A stretch of 64,000 nt of DNA, taken from assembly GCA_027075555.1 (NCBI GenBank), contig JALTAZ010000010.1, forward strand, positions 2,496-66,495, written 5' to 3'. Under the pieces are notes generated by a model. The model worked only from the letters and a program-made list of their open reading frames with translations, had not been told where the DNA came from and did not search any database. This DNA is from Micavibrio sp. (GTDB lineage Bacteria > Pseudomonadota > Alphaproteobacteria > Micavibrionales > Micavibrionaceae). The position numbers and the translations under genes were made by a program. Each line of letters opens with the position of its first letter. Position 1 is the stretch's first letter. This document shows positions 39,093-50,353 of the stretch, in pieces.

Positions 39093-41426
39093 CTATAGCT
39101 TGGCTTTTTTCAAGCGAAGTGCGTTCATAATAACAGAAACTGAGCTAAAAGTCATAGCCGCGCTTGCTATAATGGGGCTAAGTAGCAGTCCAAAGAATGG
39201 ATAGAGCAGACCTGCGGCAACTGGAACGCCTGTTGCATTGTAAACAAAGGCAAAGAACAGGTTCTGGCGGATATTTTTCATTGTAGCACGGCTTAATTTA
39301 CGCGCCCTTACTATGCCGTCTAAATTCCCTTTAACAAGAGTTACTTCTGCGCTTTCCATGGCTATATCTGCGCCTGTACCCATAGCGATTCCAACATCGG
39401 CCTGCGCCAAAGCAGGTGCATCATTTACTCCATCACCGGCCATTGCGACCTTATAGCCTTCATCTTGAAGGCGTTTTACAACCGCGCTTTTACGATCTGG
39501 CAATACGCCAGCTTCTATCTCATCAATATCAAGTTTACTAGCAACAGCTCTAGCTGTCTTTTCATTATCGCCAGTTAACATAACAATGCGAATGCCTTGC
39601 TCTCTTAGTTCTTTTAAGGCCTGAGATGTTGTCTTTTTGATCGGATCAGAAACGCTTATTAGCCCAGCCATTTTATTATCAATAGCAACAAGCATTACAG
39701 TCTGACCTTCAGAGCGCATCTCATCGGCTTTATCAATAATATCGGTTTTTTCAATATTCAATGTTTTGAACAACTCATTATTGCCAAGAGCGACTTTGCG
39801 CCCTTCAACCATGCCTTCAACACCTTTACCAGTATAAGATTTAAAATCTAAAGCATTATATAAGGGCAACTTCCTTTCTTGTGCGCCCTCAACGATGGCT
39901 CTGGCAAGCGGGTGTTCACTACCTTTTTCAAGGCTAGCTACCAGTGATAATAGTTCATCTTCTTTCATATCTTTAACAGTTAAAACAGAAGTTAATGTTG
40001 GACAACCTTCAGTTAATGTTCCCGTTTTATCAATAACAAGAACATCAATTTTTTCCATTAACTCAAGGCTCTCAGCATTTTTAATCAAAATACCGGCCGC
40101 TGCTCCTCTCCCTGTTCCAACCATAATCGACATAGGGGTTGCCAAACCAAGCGCGCATGGGCAAGCAATAATCAATACAGCAACCGCGTTTACTATTGCA
40201 AATGCAAGGCGTGGTTCAGGTCCCCATACACCCCAGATAATAGCAGTAATAACAGCAACTAAAACAACAACTGGAACAAAATAGCCAGATACCATATCGG
40301 CCATTTTCTGTATTGGAGCACGGCTACGCTGTGCTTCGGCAACCATTTTTACAATCTTAGATAATAGAGTATCGGAACCAACATGATCTGCCCTCATTAT
40401 AAAGCTACCGGTTTGATTAAGAGTTGCACCTGTAACTTTGTCACCAGATGACTTGGTCACTGGCATAGATTCTCCGGTAATCATGGATTCATCAAGGGTA
40501 GTAGATCCTTCTAGTATTTCTCCATCTGTGGGAACTGATTCACCTGGGCGAACACGTAATTTATCGCCTTCTTGAACTTGGTCAAGGGGGATATCTTCTT
40601 CTGTACCATCATCACGTATAATGCGCGCATTTTTTGGCGCAAGATCTAGCAAAGCGCGAATCGCACCACTTGTCTGCGCTCTAGCGCGTAGCTCTAAAAC
40701 CTGACCTAGCAAAACAAGAGTTATAATAACCGCTGCGGCTTCGAAATAGACATTGACCAAACCATTTTCCATACGCATCTGCTCAGGGAAAATTTGTGGA
40801 AATAATGCCCCCACTACACTGTAAATATAGGCCATTCCAGTACCAAGAGCCACTAAAGTAAACATATTTAAATTCATGGTAACAACAGATTGCCAACCAC
40901 GTTTAAAGAACGGAATAGCCGCCCATAACATAACAGGTGAAGCCAAAGCAAACTCAATCCACATTGCCGTTTCAGAAGATATTATATTTTCCATAGGCTT
41001 ACCGGGAATATGGTCAAACATAACCAGCAAAAGGGTAGGGATTGATAAAACCGCGCTAATCCAAAAGCGGCGTGTCATATCATCAAGTTCGGTTGTATCT
41101 TCTTCGCCCCCCAAAGTTGCATCTTTAAGCTCTAACGCCATACCACAAATCGGACAGCTTCCCGGACCTATTTGCTCTATTTCCGGGTGCATAGGACAAG
41201 TATATATTGCGCCTTCAATAACAGGTTCAGCCTTTCTTGGACTAAGGTATTTTTGGGGATCTGTCTCAAATTTATTAAGACATTTTTCAGAACAAAAATG
41301 ATATTCTTTTTCCTCAAATGTAAAATGATTATCAGTTTTCTGAGGATCAACATCCATTCCACAAACAGGATCTTTTACAATATTATTATGTCCTTCATGC
41401 TTCCCCTCACAACAGCTATGCCCCAT
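39093..41426 (-). CDS. copA: Cu(I)-translocating P1B-type ATPase with YHS and HMBD domains
   Basis: DPVCGM..FCS (YHS), YTCPMHP..CPICGM, TGES, CPCALG, DKTGT, SEHP, GDGVND and YN...M.FSS. Start MGHSCC with GGAGAGG SD, overlapping the czcD stop. Confidence 0.93.
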   Translation of the reverse strand: MGHSCCEGKHEGHNNIVKDPVCGMDVDPQKTDNHFTFEEKEYHFCSEKCLNKFETDPQKYLSPRKAEPVIEGAIYTCPMHPEIEQIGPGSCPICGMALELKDATLGGEEDTTELDDMTRRFWISAVLSIPTLLLVMFDHIPGKPMENIISSETAMWIEFALASPVMLWAAIPFFKRGWQSVVTMNLNMFTLVALGTGMAYIYSVVGALFPQIFPEQMRMENGLVNVYFEAAAVIITLVLLGQVLELRARAQTSGAIRALLDLAPKNARIIRDDGTEEDIPLDQVQEGDKLRVRPGESVPTDGEILEGSTTLDESMITGESMPVTKSSGDKVTGATLNQTGSFIMRADHVGSDTLLSKIVKMVAEAQRSRAPIQKMADMVSGYFVPVVVLVAVITAIIWGVWGPEPRLAFAIVNAVAVLIIACPCALGLATPMSIMVGTGRGAAAGILIKNAESLELMEKIDVLVIDKTGTLTEGCPTLTSVLTVKDMKEDELLSLVASLEKGSEHPLARAIVEGAQERKLPLYNALDFKSYTGKGVEGMVEGRKVALGNNELFKTLNIEKTDIIDKADEMRSEGQTVMLVAIDNKMAGLISVSDPIKKTTSQALKELREQGIRIVMLTGDNEKTARAVASKLDIDEIEAGVLPDRKSAVVKRLQDEGYKVAMAGDGVNDAPALAQADVGIAMGTGADIAMESAEVTLVKGNLDGIVRARKLSRATMKNIRQNLFFAFVYNATGVPVAAGLLYPFFGLLLSPIIASAAMTFSSVSVIMNALRLKKAKL

Positions 41427-42414
41427 ATTCCTCTCCTGTATTTTCATTTAATTTTGTACTATCTGTTTTGTTGTTAGCTTTACTAACATAATCTATGTCT
41501 TTTGCTTCATTAGGGGCGCGACTAATTTTTTCCACCTGCAATGTTGAAAAGTAAAAACCATATTTATTCTTCAGCAAGTTATTAGCTTCATCTAGAACCT
41601 CTTCATGATTGGCATCTTTTTTTATCTTAATATGCGCCATAAACAAATTCTTACCCGAAGTAAGCGGCCAAGCATGTACATGATAAACTGTTTCCACGTC
41701 TTTGATTTTTTGTAACTCAGATATAATATTATCAACATCTATACCTTCTGGCGCGGATTCTAATAATATATCAAAACTTTGCTTTATTATACCCCAAGAT
41801 GCAGCAAATAAAACCAGCCCGAACAACATTCCTAAAATAGGGTCGATTGGTGTCCAACCAGTAAACTGTATAACAACTGCGGCAATTATGATGATAATAC
41901 TACCGACAAAAGTCTGCATTACGTGCCAAAAAGCACCCTTCATATTCAAATTACCCTTGAGACTTTTCCACATAACGGCCATAGAAATAACTTCTGTGAA
42001 TAAGCCACCAATCGCAGAGATATACATAATGTCAGTTGGTAAATCTATGCTCATTTGCAGGCGGTTAAAACCCATCCATAATATATATATTGCCATGAGT
42101 AATAAGAACATACCATTTAGTAATGCACCTGCAATTTCTGCGCGCTTTAACCCAAATGTATGGCGACTTCCTGCTGGTCGCATTGCGATTCGGTTGGCCA
42201 CAAGGGCAATAAGAACGCCACCTACTGCTGAAAATGTGTGAAAAGCATCTGATATAACCGCAACAGAACCAGCATAAAAACCAAGTGCAAGCTCAATTAA
42301 AAAATAAATCCCAGTGAGCCAGCCTACAATCTTCAAAGCTCTAGCATCAGCCTCCATACCGTGGAAGCTATGCCCGTCACTAATATTCTTACTATTTGCG
42401 TGTTCATGTTTCAT
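41416..42414 (-). CDS. czcD: cation diffusion facilitator (CzcD/ZitB-like)
   Basis: His-rich N-terminus, [24 protein letters not shown] and TLQVE. Confidence 0.85.
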   Translation of the reverse strand: MKHEHANSKNISDGHSFHGMEADARALKIVGWLTGIYFLIELALGFYAGSVAVISDAFHTFSAVGGVLIALVANRIAMRPAGSRHTFGLKRAEIAGALLNGMFLLLMAIYILWMGFNRLQMSIDLPTDIMYISAIGGLFTEVISMAVMWKSLKGNLNMKGAFWHVMQTFVGSIIIIIAAVVIQFTGWTPIDPILGMLFGLVLFAASWGIIKQSFDILLESAPEGIDVDNIISELQKIKDVETVYHVHAWPLTSGKNLFMAHIKIKKDANHEEVLDEANNLLKNKYGFYFSTLQVEKISRAPNEAKDIDYVSKANNKTDSTKLNENTGEEYGA

Positions 42415-42545
42415 AACTTTGCTACGAAGAAAATTTTGTATACCCTCAAAAAATAATTATGAATTTAATATTTATCTGCAATATTTTATTAACTTTTATT
42501 ATTTATCTTGTAGGATAGACGAATAAATGTTATCTGATTTCAACT

Positions 42546-42872
42546 ATGAGCAAGTTTTTTTTAACAATTACAGTTTTTGCGATGATTGTTTCTGTAACAA
42601 TCACTGTTGCTCATGCTTGCGTAAAAACTGATTTTTCTGATAAATCCTCTATTTTTCAGCAGCTTGATGACGTAGATAAAAGTGATATATCTAAGAATGG
42701 TAAAAGTTGCTATATGAATTGTAGCGGGTGTTGCGTACACCATGTAATGGTTAGTAACAACTTATATATTGATTTCGGTTATGATATGGTCGCTTTTACC
42801 ATGGATAGTAAGATCCTACCTTTATCGTATCATAATTACGGCCTAAAGCGCCCCCCTAAAAATCTAGTTTAA
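42546..42872 (+). CDS. CzcI/DUF2946-like small exported Cys/His-rich protein ending in an RPP motif
   Basis: Signal peptide (VAHA), CYMNCSGCCVHH cluster and C-terminal LKRPPK. First gene upstream of czcCBA. Confidence 0.7.
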   Translation: MSKFFLTITVFAMIVSVTITVAHACVKTDFSDKSSIFQQLDDVDKSDISKNGKSCYMNCSGCCVHHVMVSNNLYIDFGYDMVAFTMDSKILPLSYHNYGLKRPPKNLV

Positions 42873-42913
42873 AGGGGTTTTTGTATCTTAATTCAGGTAG
42901 ATATACCTGTTTT
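42851..42913 (+). terminator. terminator-like hairpins between the uORF and czcC
   Basis: The C-run of the R-P-P codons can pair with the AGGGG just after the stop and is followed by a T-run. A second hairpin CAGGTA-GATA-TACCTG (42894-42909) is followed by TTTT. Confidence 0.45.
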
Positions 42914-43021
42914 CATTATTACAAACGATCTCCTTATAAGAAATTATGTGTAAAAGTTATTCTTTTACGATGTAATGCTGCGTTTTTATTACCTCAAACT
43001 AAAATAAGGGATATTAAATAG

Positions 43022-44278
43022 ATGAAACGACAATTGCTAGCAATAACATATTTAGCTGTTTTAGGGGTATCAGTGCCCGCGCAAGCACAAAATAAAACGC
43101 CTGTTGTACAAGAAAGTTCTAACATAGAGGGTTTTATAAACTATGTGTTAAAATCCAGCCCAGCTATTGCCGAAGCTCAGGCGCGCGTAAATGCATCTAA
43201 AGCAGGTAAACGCGCAGCATCTAAATGGCAATATAACCCAGAAATATCCTTTGATCTTGAAGATGTTAGTGGAGAGGATAAAACTAAAATAATTGGGATA
43301 AATCAAACAATAGATTGGAGTGGTAAATTCATATCATCGGGTAAAACCGCATCTTTTGAGTTATTGGCTGTTGAGGCTGATCGTGATGAGGTTATTCAAA
43401 ATACCATGCTAAATGTTTTATCTAGCTTAGCCGATTATAGAGCGGCAAAAAATATTTATAATTTAGCAATACAGCGTTCTAATTTAATGGAACGATTCTC
43501 AAAATTGGCACAAAAAGGTTTTAAAGCAGGAGATATTGACCAGAGCGAAAATAATCTTGCACAGCTAGCCTTATCCGAAGCCTTAATAGCACAAGCAGAT
43601 GCAGAAACCGCTCTTGCTCAAAGCAAAGAAATGTTAGACTCGTCCTTGGGATTTCAATTAGAAAATGAATTTACTTTGCCAGAATTCCCAACAAAACTAC
43701 CTGAAATACCTATTATGGAAGACCATGATCAAATAATAATGGCTTTGCCAGCTATACGTGCGATTAAAAATCGTGAAGAAGCAGCAAAGTCTGCAATTAA
43801 ACAAGCACAAAAAAACAGAATACCGGATCCTACAATTGGGGTTGCAGGTGGTAAAGATACAGGGACTGATATGGTTGGCTTTTATGTATCTATTCCGCTT
43901 AATGTATTAAATACATATGGAGCCGAAGTTGATCAGGCAAAAGAAGAAGCAATTGCAGAAGCTAAAGCTGGGCAAAATGCATATTACACGGCAAAAACAC
44001 GCCTGCAATCAGCAATACGTACATATAAGCTTTCACAAAAAGCATGGGAAAACTGGCAGATAAATGGAGCGCAATCACTAGCAGAACAAACAAATCTTCT
44101 TGATCGCAAGTTTAAGGTCGGAGATTTAAGCGCAACAGATTATTTAGTGCAAATTAAACAGGCGCTAGATACCCAGGTTGCTGCGGAAGAATTGCATGCT
44201 AAAGTATGGAAATCTTGGTTTGCATGGCTTTATGCATCGGGAACATTCAATCAATGGTTAAAAAATTCAGGAGAATAG
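43022..44278 (+). CDS. czcC: heavy-metal efflux outer membrane factor (TolC/CzcC)
   Basis: Signal peptide, OMF repeats (NPEI, IPDPTIG, SIPL) and operon position. Confidence 0.82.
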   Translation: MKRQLLAITYLAVLGVSVPAQAQNKTPVVQESSNIEGFINYVLKSSPAIAEAQARVNASKAGKRAASKWQYNPEISFDLEDVSGEDKTKIIGINQTIDWSGKFISSGKTASFELLAVEADRDEVIQNTMLNVLSSLADYRAAKNIYNLAIQRSNLMERFSKLAQKGFKAGDIDQSENNLAQLALSEALIAQADAETALAQSKEMLDSSLGFQLENEFTLPEFPTKLPEIPIMEDHDQIIMALPAIRAIKNREEAAKSAIKQAQKNRIPDPTIGVAGGKDTGTDMVGFYVSIPLNVLNTYGAEVDQAKEEAIAEAKAGQNAYYTAKTRLQSAIRTYKLSQKAWENWQINGAQSLAEQTNLLDRKFKVGDLSATDYLVQIKQALDTQVAAEELHAKVWKSWFAWLYASGTFNQWLKNSGE

Positions 44279-44282
44279 ATAC

Positions 44283-45530
44283 ATGAAAAAATTATTATTT
44301 TTAAGTACAGTAGCAGCGTTTAGCATATCGCATAATGCGTATAACTCGGCTGTAGCTGGTGATGGACATGGTCATGAAAAAAAGGCTAAGATTGTATCAG
44401 AATCTGCTGCTTCTAGTTCTCATAATGATGGTCATAGCATAGAAAAAGCCAAAAGTAATGATGGGCATGGTCACGATGAGAGGGGCGGTGAGCATGAAGA
44501 AGAAGGCGGGGGAGAGGTTTATCTTAGCCCCGAAAATATACGTATTGCAGGAATCATAGTTGAGCCACTTAGTTTGCGAAATTTAGAAACAGAGGTAAAA
44601 GCCCCTGGTGAAGTAACTCTTAACTCATATTTAAGCAGTAAAGTAACGCCTCGTATTGAAGCGCAAGTTGTAGAGCGTCATGCAAAATTGGGTGATGTTG
44701 TTGAAAAAGGTCAACCACTTATAACTTTATCTAGTGTTGATATGGCAGAGGCAATAGGTAATCTTATAGTTGCTCATAAAGAATGGAAGCGTGTAAAACA
44801 ACTAGGTGCGGCGGCTGTATCTGCTAAGCGTTATAATGAGGCAAAGATTGCTGATGAGCAAACACGGGCAAGGGCTTTGGCTTATGGCATGAGTGCAGAG
44901 CAAATTAAATATCTTCATGAAAAAGGATCAGATGATGATCCTGGCACCTTCCAGTTAGTTGCTCCACAAGGAGGAACAATTGTAAGTGATGATTTTATTG
45001 TTGGTGAGTTGATAGAACCTGGGCGCGTTTTATTCAATATAGTAAATGAAAAAGTCCTTTGGGTAGAAAGTCGCCTATCCCCCAAATTAGCCAAAGATGT
45101 GAAAGTAGGAGCAACTGCGCGTGTTCATGTTCCTGGTAATGGTTGGTTACAAGGTAAGGTGGTACAAAAACATCATATGCTTGATCCTGAAACACGTACT
45201 ATAGGCATAAGAATAGAGGTTAATAATGAAGAGGATCGCCTTCACCCTGGAATGTATGTTGATACACGCATACAAAGTGGTCAGGGTGAAAAATATCTTG
45301 CTGTTCCAACATCTTCTGTGCTGCGTTCTCCTGATGGTGATTGGCAGGTTTTTGTTGAAAGTGAAGATAAAACAGGTGAGTTTAAACCTGTAGAGGTCGA
45401 AACAATCAGAACAATAGAAGATTACACTATTATCAAGGGAGTGCCTGAAGGCACAAAAATTGTGACTGAGGGCGCGTTCTTTGTTCAGTCTGAACTCGCT
45501 AAAAGTGGGTTTTCTGTTCACAATCATTGA
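44283..45530 (+). CDS. czcB: heavy-metal RND membrane fusion protein with His-rich N-terminus
   Basis: GHGH repeats, GDVVEKGQPL, DPETRT and LHPGM. Confidence 0.87.
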   Translation: MKKLLFLSTVAAFSISHNAYNSAVAGDGHGHEKKAKIVSESAASSSHNDGHSIEKAKSNDGHGHDERGGEHEEEGGGEVYLSPENIRIAGIIVEPLSLRNLETEVKAPGEVTLNSYLSSKVTPRIEAQVVERHAKLGDVVEKGQPLITLSSVDMAEAIGNLIVAHKEWKRVKQLGAAAVSAKRYNEAKIADEQTRARALAYGMSAEQIKYLHEKGSDDDPGTFQLVAPQGGTIVSDDFIVGELIEPGRVLFNIVNEKVLWVESRLSPKLAKDVKVGATARVHVPGNGWLQGKVVQKHHMLDPETRTIGIRIEVNNEEDRLHPGMYVDTRIQSGQGEKYLAVPTSSVLRSPDGDWQVFVESEDKTGEFKPVEVETIRTIEDYTIIKGVPEGTKIVTEGAFFVQSELAKSGFSVHNH

Positions 45531-45561
45531 TATTATAAATAATTTTCAGGAGATATGAATT

Positions 45562-48500
45562 ATGCTTAATGCAATTATTGACGGGGCGATAAGAAACCGC
45601 CTTATGGTAGTTCTTATGTTGATCGCTATAATAATAGGGGCAATGATGCTATTGCCTAAGTTAAATTTGGACGCTTTTCCAGATGTTACAAATGTTCAAG
45701 TGACAATCAACACAGAAGCAAAAGGGCTTGCCGCAGAAGAGGTTGAGCAACTTATAACCTATCCGGTAGAGGCCGTTATGTACTCTTTGCCTGATGTAGA
45801 GGAGGTTAGGTCAATATCTAAAACAGGACTTTCTTTAATTACCGTAGTGTTTAAAGAAGGTGTTGACATATATTTTGCAAGGCAGCTTGTTTTTGAACAA
45901 TTACAAGCAGCTCGCGAAGAAATACCAGAAGGTGTAGGAACCCCTGAAATAGGACCAAATACATCAGGGCTAGGGCAGATGTATCTATATATGTTACGCA
46001 GCGATGACCCTGAGCAATATGATATTATGGCTTTGCGATCTTTAAATGATTGGGTTGTTAAATTATTGCTTATGCCAATTGATGGCGTGACAGAAGTTTT
46101 ATCATATGGTGGTGACGTTCGTCAGTATCAAGTTAATATAGAGCCTGCAAAATTATTATCATATCAGCTTAGAGCAAAAGACATTGTTGAAGCCATTGAA
46201 AGAAATAATAGTAATTCTGGCGGTTGGTATATGAATCGTGGAGCGGAGCAGCTTATTATTCGTGGCGTTGGCTGGGTAAGAGGTGAAAAAGACGGTATTC
46301 GTGATATTGAGAATATCCCCGTTAAGGATGAAGATGGGGTAGTGGTTCGCGTTCGTGATGTTGCCAATGTTGCTTATGGTTCAGAAATTCGTCAAGGAGC
46401 TGTTAGCATGACATTGCGTGATGAAAATGGCAATCCAAAACAACTTGGTGAGGTGGTCGCCGGTATTATTATGAAACGAATAGGTGCTAATACAAAAGCA
46501 ACCATTGATGAAGTTAACCGTCGCATACCTATTATTCAAAATGCTCTGCCAGAGGGTGTTACAATTGAGCCTTTTTACGATCAAGGATCACTGGTTGATA
46601 AGGCTGTAAAATCTGTAAGCGATGCATTGATACAAGCATTTATACTTATTGTTATAATATTGATGTTATTCCTTATGAATCTAAGGGCGGCGTTCTTGGT
46701 ACTTATATCAGTTCCCATATCTATCACTATTGCGTTAATGGTTATGATTCATTGGGGGATTTCTGCGAACTTAATGTCGCTTGGTGGTCTTGTTATTGCT
46801 ATTGGGATTATGGTTGATGGCGCGGTTGTTGTAACAGAAAATATCTTTAAACATTTATCTCAAAAAGGCGATCAAAGCCATTCAGGTGGGATAAAGCTAC
46901 GTATATTGGAGGCAACACGTGAAGTAGGAAAACCAGTTCTTTTTGCTGGTTTGATCGTAATTATTGTTTTCACCCCTCTTTTTACTCTTGAAGGCGTAGA
47001 AGGCAAACTTTTTAAGCCGATGGCAATATCTATTGTTTTGGCTATGTTTGCTTCTTTAATGGTTGCTTTGGTTATAGTCCCTGCGCTGGCTACATATTTA
47101 TTTAAATCTAGCATTAACCAAAAACCAAATAAACTTGTTGAAGCTATTGAAGGTGGCTATGCAAAAGCCCTAGGGTTTGTATTAAAAGGTAAAAAAATAG
47201 TTGTTATAGGGGCTATTACTTTATTTATAGGGACAATGTCATTGGTGCCATTGCTTGGAACTGAGTTTGTTCCAGAGCTAGAGGAGGGAACAGTAAATGT
47301 TCGTGTTACTCTTGCGCCATCGTCAAGTATGGAAACATCACTTGAAGTTGCAAATAAGTTAGAACGCGCATTAATGGAAATTCCTGAGATCAGATATGCA
47401 TTTAGCCGCGTAGGTCGCCCAGAGTTAGGCGGCGATCCAGAGCCAGTATCAAATATTGAGATATATATGGGATTAAAACCTGTCAGTGAATGGGTATCTG
47501 CTTCTAATCGTTTTGAGTTGCAAAAGATTATGGAAGAAAAAATGTCTGTTCATCCGGGCTTATTATTTTCTTTTTCTCAGCCGATCGCAACGCGGGTTGA
47601 TGAATTACTTTCTGGTGTAAGAGCCCAGCTAGCCATCAAACTTTTTGGTCCTGATTTGGCTGTTTTAGCTGAAAAAGGTAAGGAAATAGAAAATCTTGTG
47701 AATAAGATTGAAGGCTCTCAAGGTGTGGCTATGGAGCAAATTAGCGGTGAGGCTCAACTTGTTGTTCGTCCAAATCGTGATAATCTTGCTCGCTATGGTA
47801 TTGCTGTTGGTCAAGTAATGGATCTTGTATCTGATGCTATTGGTGGTGCAACCGCTGGTCAGGTTATTCAGGGTAATGAGCGTTATGATATATATGTTCG
47901 TTATGCAAAAGAATATCGAAAAGATATTGATGCAATATCAGATCTTATAATGCAGGCTCCAAATGGTTCATGGGTTAGGTTAGGTGATGTTGCCGATGTT
48001 TCTATTGAGGCTGGACCACCGCAGATCCGTCGTGATGATGTTCAAAGAAGGGTTGTTATACAATCAAACCTTAGTGGTCGTGACATGGGTGGATTTGTTG
48101 AAGAAATAGATAGGCGCATTAAAGAAGAAATTGATCTCCCGCCTGGATATTCGGTTGTTTTTGGTGGACAATTTGAAAATCAGCAACGTGCGCAAGCAAG
48201 GCTTATGATTGTTGTACCTCTTTCTTTGGGGTTGATTTTCTTAATGTTGTTTTTTACATTCGGGTCAGTAAAGCAATCCGCTCTTATTATGCTTAATGTT
48301 CCTTTGGCTATTATTGGGGGTGTTATTGCTCTATATATTTCAGGATTATATTTATCTGTTCCGGGGTCTATTGGATTTATTGCCTTATCTGGTATTGCTG
48401 TTCTTAACGGCGTTGTGATGATAAATGCCATAAATGTATTAATAGAAAGTGGCACAGAAGCAAGAAAAGCCGTATTTGAAGGTGCATTATCCAGACTTAG

Positions 48501-48699
48501 ACCGGTTCTTATGACTGCGGCAACAACCACATTGGGACTTATTCCTATCTTATTATCAACAGGTATAGGTTCTGAAGTTCAAAGGCCACTTGCAACTGTT
48601 GTTGTAGGGGGAATGTTTTCATCTACTTTATTGACATTATTTGTGTTACCAGTGCTTTATAGTACATTTTCACAGCGCATAATAAACGAACGCAGATAG
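45562..48699 (+). CDS. czcA: HME-RND efflux pump CzcA/CusA family
   Basis: DAFPDVTNVQV, SANLMSLGG, GIMVDGAVVVTEN, RLRPVLMTA and SEVQRPLATVV. Confidence 0.92.
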   Translation: MLNAIIDGAIRNRLMVVLMLIAIIIGAMMLLPKLNLDAFPDVTNVQVTINTEAKGLAAEEVEQLITYPVEAVMYSLPDVEEVRSISKTGLSLITVVFKEGVDIYFARQLVFEQLQAAREEIPEGVGTPEIGPNTSGLGQMYLYMLRSDDPEQYDIMALRSLNDWVVKLLLMPIDGVTEVLSYGGDVRQYQVNIEPAKLLSYQLRAKDIVEAIERNNSNSGGWYMNRGAEQLIIRGVGWVRGEKDGIRDIENIPVKDEDGVVVRVRDVANVAYGSEIRQGAVSMTLRDENGNPKQLGEVVAGIIMKRIGANTKATIDEVNRRIPIIQNALPEGVTIEPFYDQGSLVDKAVKSVSDALIQAFILIVIILMLFLMNLRAAFLVLISVPISITIALMVMIHWGISANLMSLGGLVIAIGIMVDGAVVVTENIFKHLSQKGDQSHSGGIKLRILEATREVGKPVLFAGLIVIIVFTPLFTLEGVEGKLFKPMAISIVLAMFASLMVALVIVPALATYLFKSSINQKPNKLVEAIEGGYAKALGFVLKGKKIVVIGAITLFIGTMSLVPLLGTEFVPELEEGTVNVRVTLAPSSSMETSLEVANKLERALMEIPEIRYAFSRVGRPELGGDPEPVSNIEIYMGLKPVSEWVSASNRFELQKIMEEKMSVHPGLLFSFSQPIATRVDELLSGVRAQLAIKLFGPDLAVLAEKGKEIENLVNKIEGSQGVAMEQISGEAQLVVRPNRDNLARYGIAVGQVMDLVSDAIGGATAGQVIQGNERYDIYVRYAKEYRKDIDAISDLIMQAPNGSWVRLGDVADVSIEAGPPQIRRDDVQRRVVIQSNLSGRDMGGFVEEIDRRIKEEIDLPPGYSVVFGGQFENQQRAQARLMIVVPLSLGLIFLMLFFTFGSVKQSALIMLNVPLAIIGGVIALYISGLYLSVPGSIGFIALSGIAVLNGVVMINAINVLIESGTEARKAVFEGALSRLRPVLMTAATTTLGLIPILLSTGIGSEVQRPLATVVVGGMFSSTLLTLFVLPVLYSTFSQRIINERR

Positions 48700-48715
48700 C
48701 GTATTATAATAATAT

Positions 48716-49435
48716 TTAAAAACTATCTTTTTTCTGGCGAATTATTTTAAATTCGTCAGGGTCTTTTACGCGCAAAAATATATTTGTTTCCTTTTCTATC
48801 TTAATTGTAGAAGGGATTGTTGCTTTTCCTAAAGATCTAAGATTCTCAACTTCCTCTATGCGCTTTTTTAGTTTATCATTGTCAGGCTCCATTATCAGAC
48901 AAAATTTGGCGTTTTCTCTTGTATATTCGTGACCACAGTAAATTAGTGTATCATCGGGAAGATATTTTAGTTTTTCTAGTGATTCAAACATATCTCTAGC
49001 AGAGCCTTCGAATAACCTTCCACAACCAAGAGAAAACAAAGTATCACCTGTAAACAGGGCTTTGCTATTCTTAAAATAATAGCAAATAGCCCCTACAGTA
49101 TGACCAGGAGTTAAAATCACCTGCGCTTTTTCAGAGCCTAGTTCGAAAATATCTTTATCGCTTACCTTTATGTCAGATCCTTTAATTTTACCAAATTCTT
49201 TTTCTGGAGAGATTACAGAACAGTTGTATTTTCTCTTTAATTTTACTATTCCACTGACATGATCCCAATGGTGGTGAGTGATAAGAATATAATCAAGGAC
49301 AAGATTTTTTTCATCAAGAATTTTTATAATTGGATCAGCTTCTCCAGGATCAATAATAGCGGTTTTTCCACATGGGGATTGTAATAGATAAGCGTAATTA
49401 TCCTTTAATATTGGTATTAAATGAATATCTATCAT
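48716..49435 (-). CDS. gloB: hydroxyacylglutathione hydrolase
   Basis: DNYAY, THHHWDH, TPGHT, GDTLFSLGCGR and CGHEYT. Confidence 0.93.
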   Translation of the reverse strand: MIDIHLIPILKDNYAYLLQSPCGKTAIIDPGEADPIIKILDEKNLVLDYILITHHHWDHVSGIVKLKRKYNCSVISPEKEFGKIKGSDIKVSDKDIFELGSEKAQVILTPGHTVGAICYYFKNSKALFTGDTLFSLGCGRLFEGSARDMFESLEKLKYLPDDTLIYCGHEYTRENAKFCLIMEPDNDKLKKRIEEVENLRSLGKATIPSTIKIEKETNIFLRVKDPDEFKIIRQKKDSF

Positions 49436-49447
49436 GGTTTTGGTTTC

Positions 49448-50353
49448 TCATTTCTCACTTATTATTATTTCATTTGTGCCAAGAATATCTGCAAGCTTGT
49501 ATTTTGCGCTTCCTGGGCGTAAAGGCTTTTGCTGGGATTCATGAGGCGACCATCCCAGCAAAAAGATAACTTCAAACGAAGCCTTAATTCTTCCATTATT
49601 ATCAGAATATTTATTGTGATATTCCTGTGCTACTTTCATAAAGAAGTTTTTTGAAACTGGGGTTTTATTACGCTGTAATATTGCATTATTTTCCCCCATA
49701 CCCCTTAGGTCATTAAAGAGTTTAAAAATATTATCATAGGTAACTGTTATTACTTCAGAATCTATAACAGGTAAAGAAAAGCCTGCCCTTTGTAATAAGT
49801 ATCCCATTTGTTTTTTATCTGCAAAAGGGAATATTCTTGGGGATACTCCACCAAATAGCTCTAACTCTGTATTTGTTAATATATTTCTGAGTTCATAAAG
49901 GGTTTTTCCACCAAACATAGAGGCAATGAATAAACCATCATCTTTAAGACAGTTTTTAATTTGTAATAATGCCCCGGGTAGGTCATTAACACTATGTAGA
50001 TTTAAGTTACTTAAAACTAAATCCATAGTTTTATTAGCTATTGGCAGGAACTCCTCTGATGCTTGGAAATAATTTACAATATCATTGGTAAAAGATCTGC
50101 TTGTAAGGTCACAGGTAAAAGATTCTTTAATTTTACTATGTTCTGAATTTGTAAAAGCGCATCTTGATCCAATTTGCAAGCTTTTATCAAAACTACGATT
50201 TATATCATAAATACGCTCAGATAGTTGATTTTTACTCCATTTAAACAAAAAATCATATTTATAAAAGTTCTTTAATGCTCGCTGTTTGTTTTTTTGTACC
50301 AAAATGCGATCAAAGACCATAATATCAGATGTCATTTTATAGTTTTTTACCAT
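49448..50353 (-). CDS. SAM-dependent methyltransferase (NDUFAF5/BioC-like)
   Basis: VFDR, LH.VNDLPG, TLYELR, LLQRAGFSLPVID, DLRGMGE and QQKPLRPGSA. Confidence 0.88.
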   Translation of the reverse strand: MVKNYKMTSDIMVFDRILVQKNKQRALKNFYKYDFLFKWSKNQLSERIYDINRSFDKSLQIGSRCAFTNSEHSKIKESFTCDLTSRSFTNDIVNYFQASEEFLPIANKTMDLVLSNLNLHSVNDLPGALLQIKNCLKDDGLFIASMFGGKTLYELRNILTNTELELFGGVSPRIFPFADKKQMGYLLQRAGFSLPVIDSEVITVTYDNIFKLFNDLRGMGENNAILQRNKTPVSKNFFMKVAQEYHNKYSDNNGRIKASFEVIFLLGWSPHESQQKPLRPGSAKYKLADILGTNEIIISEK

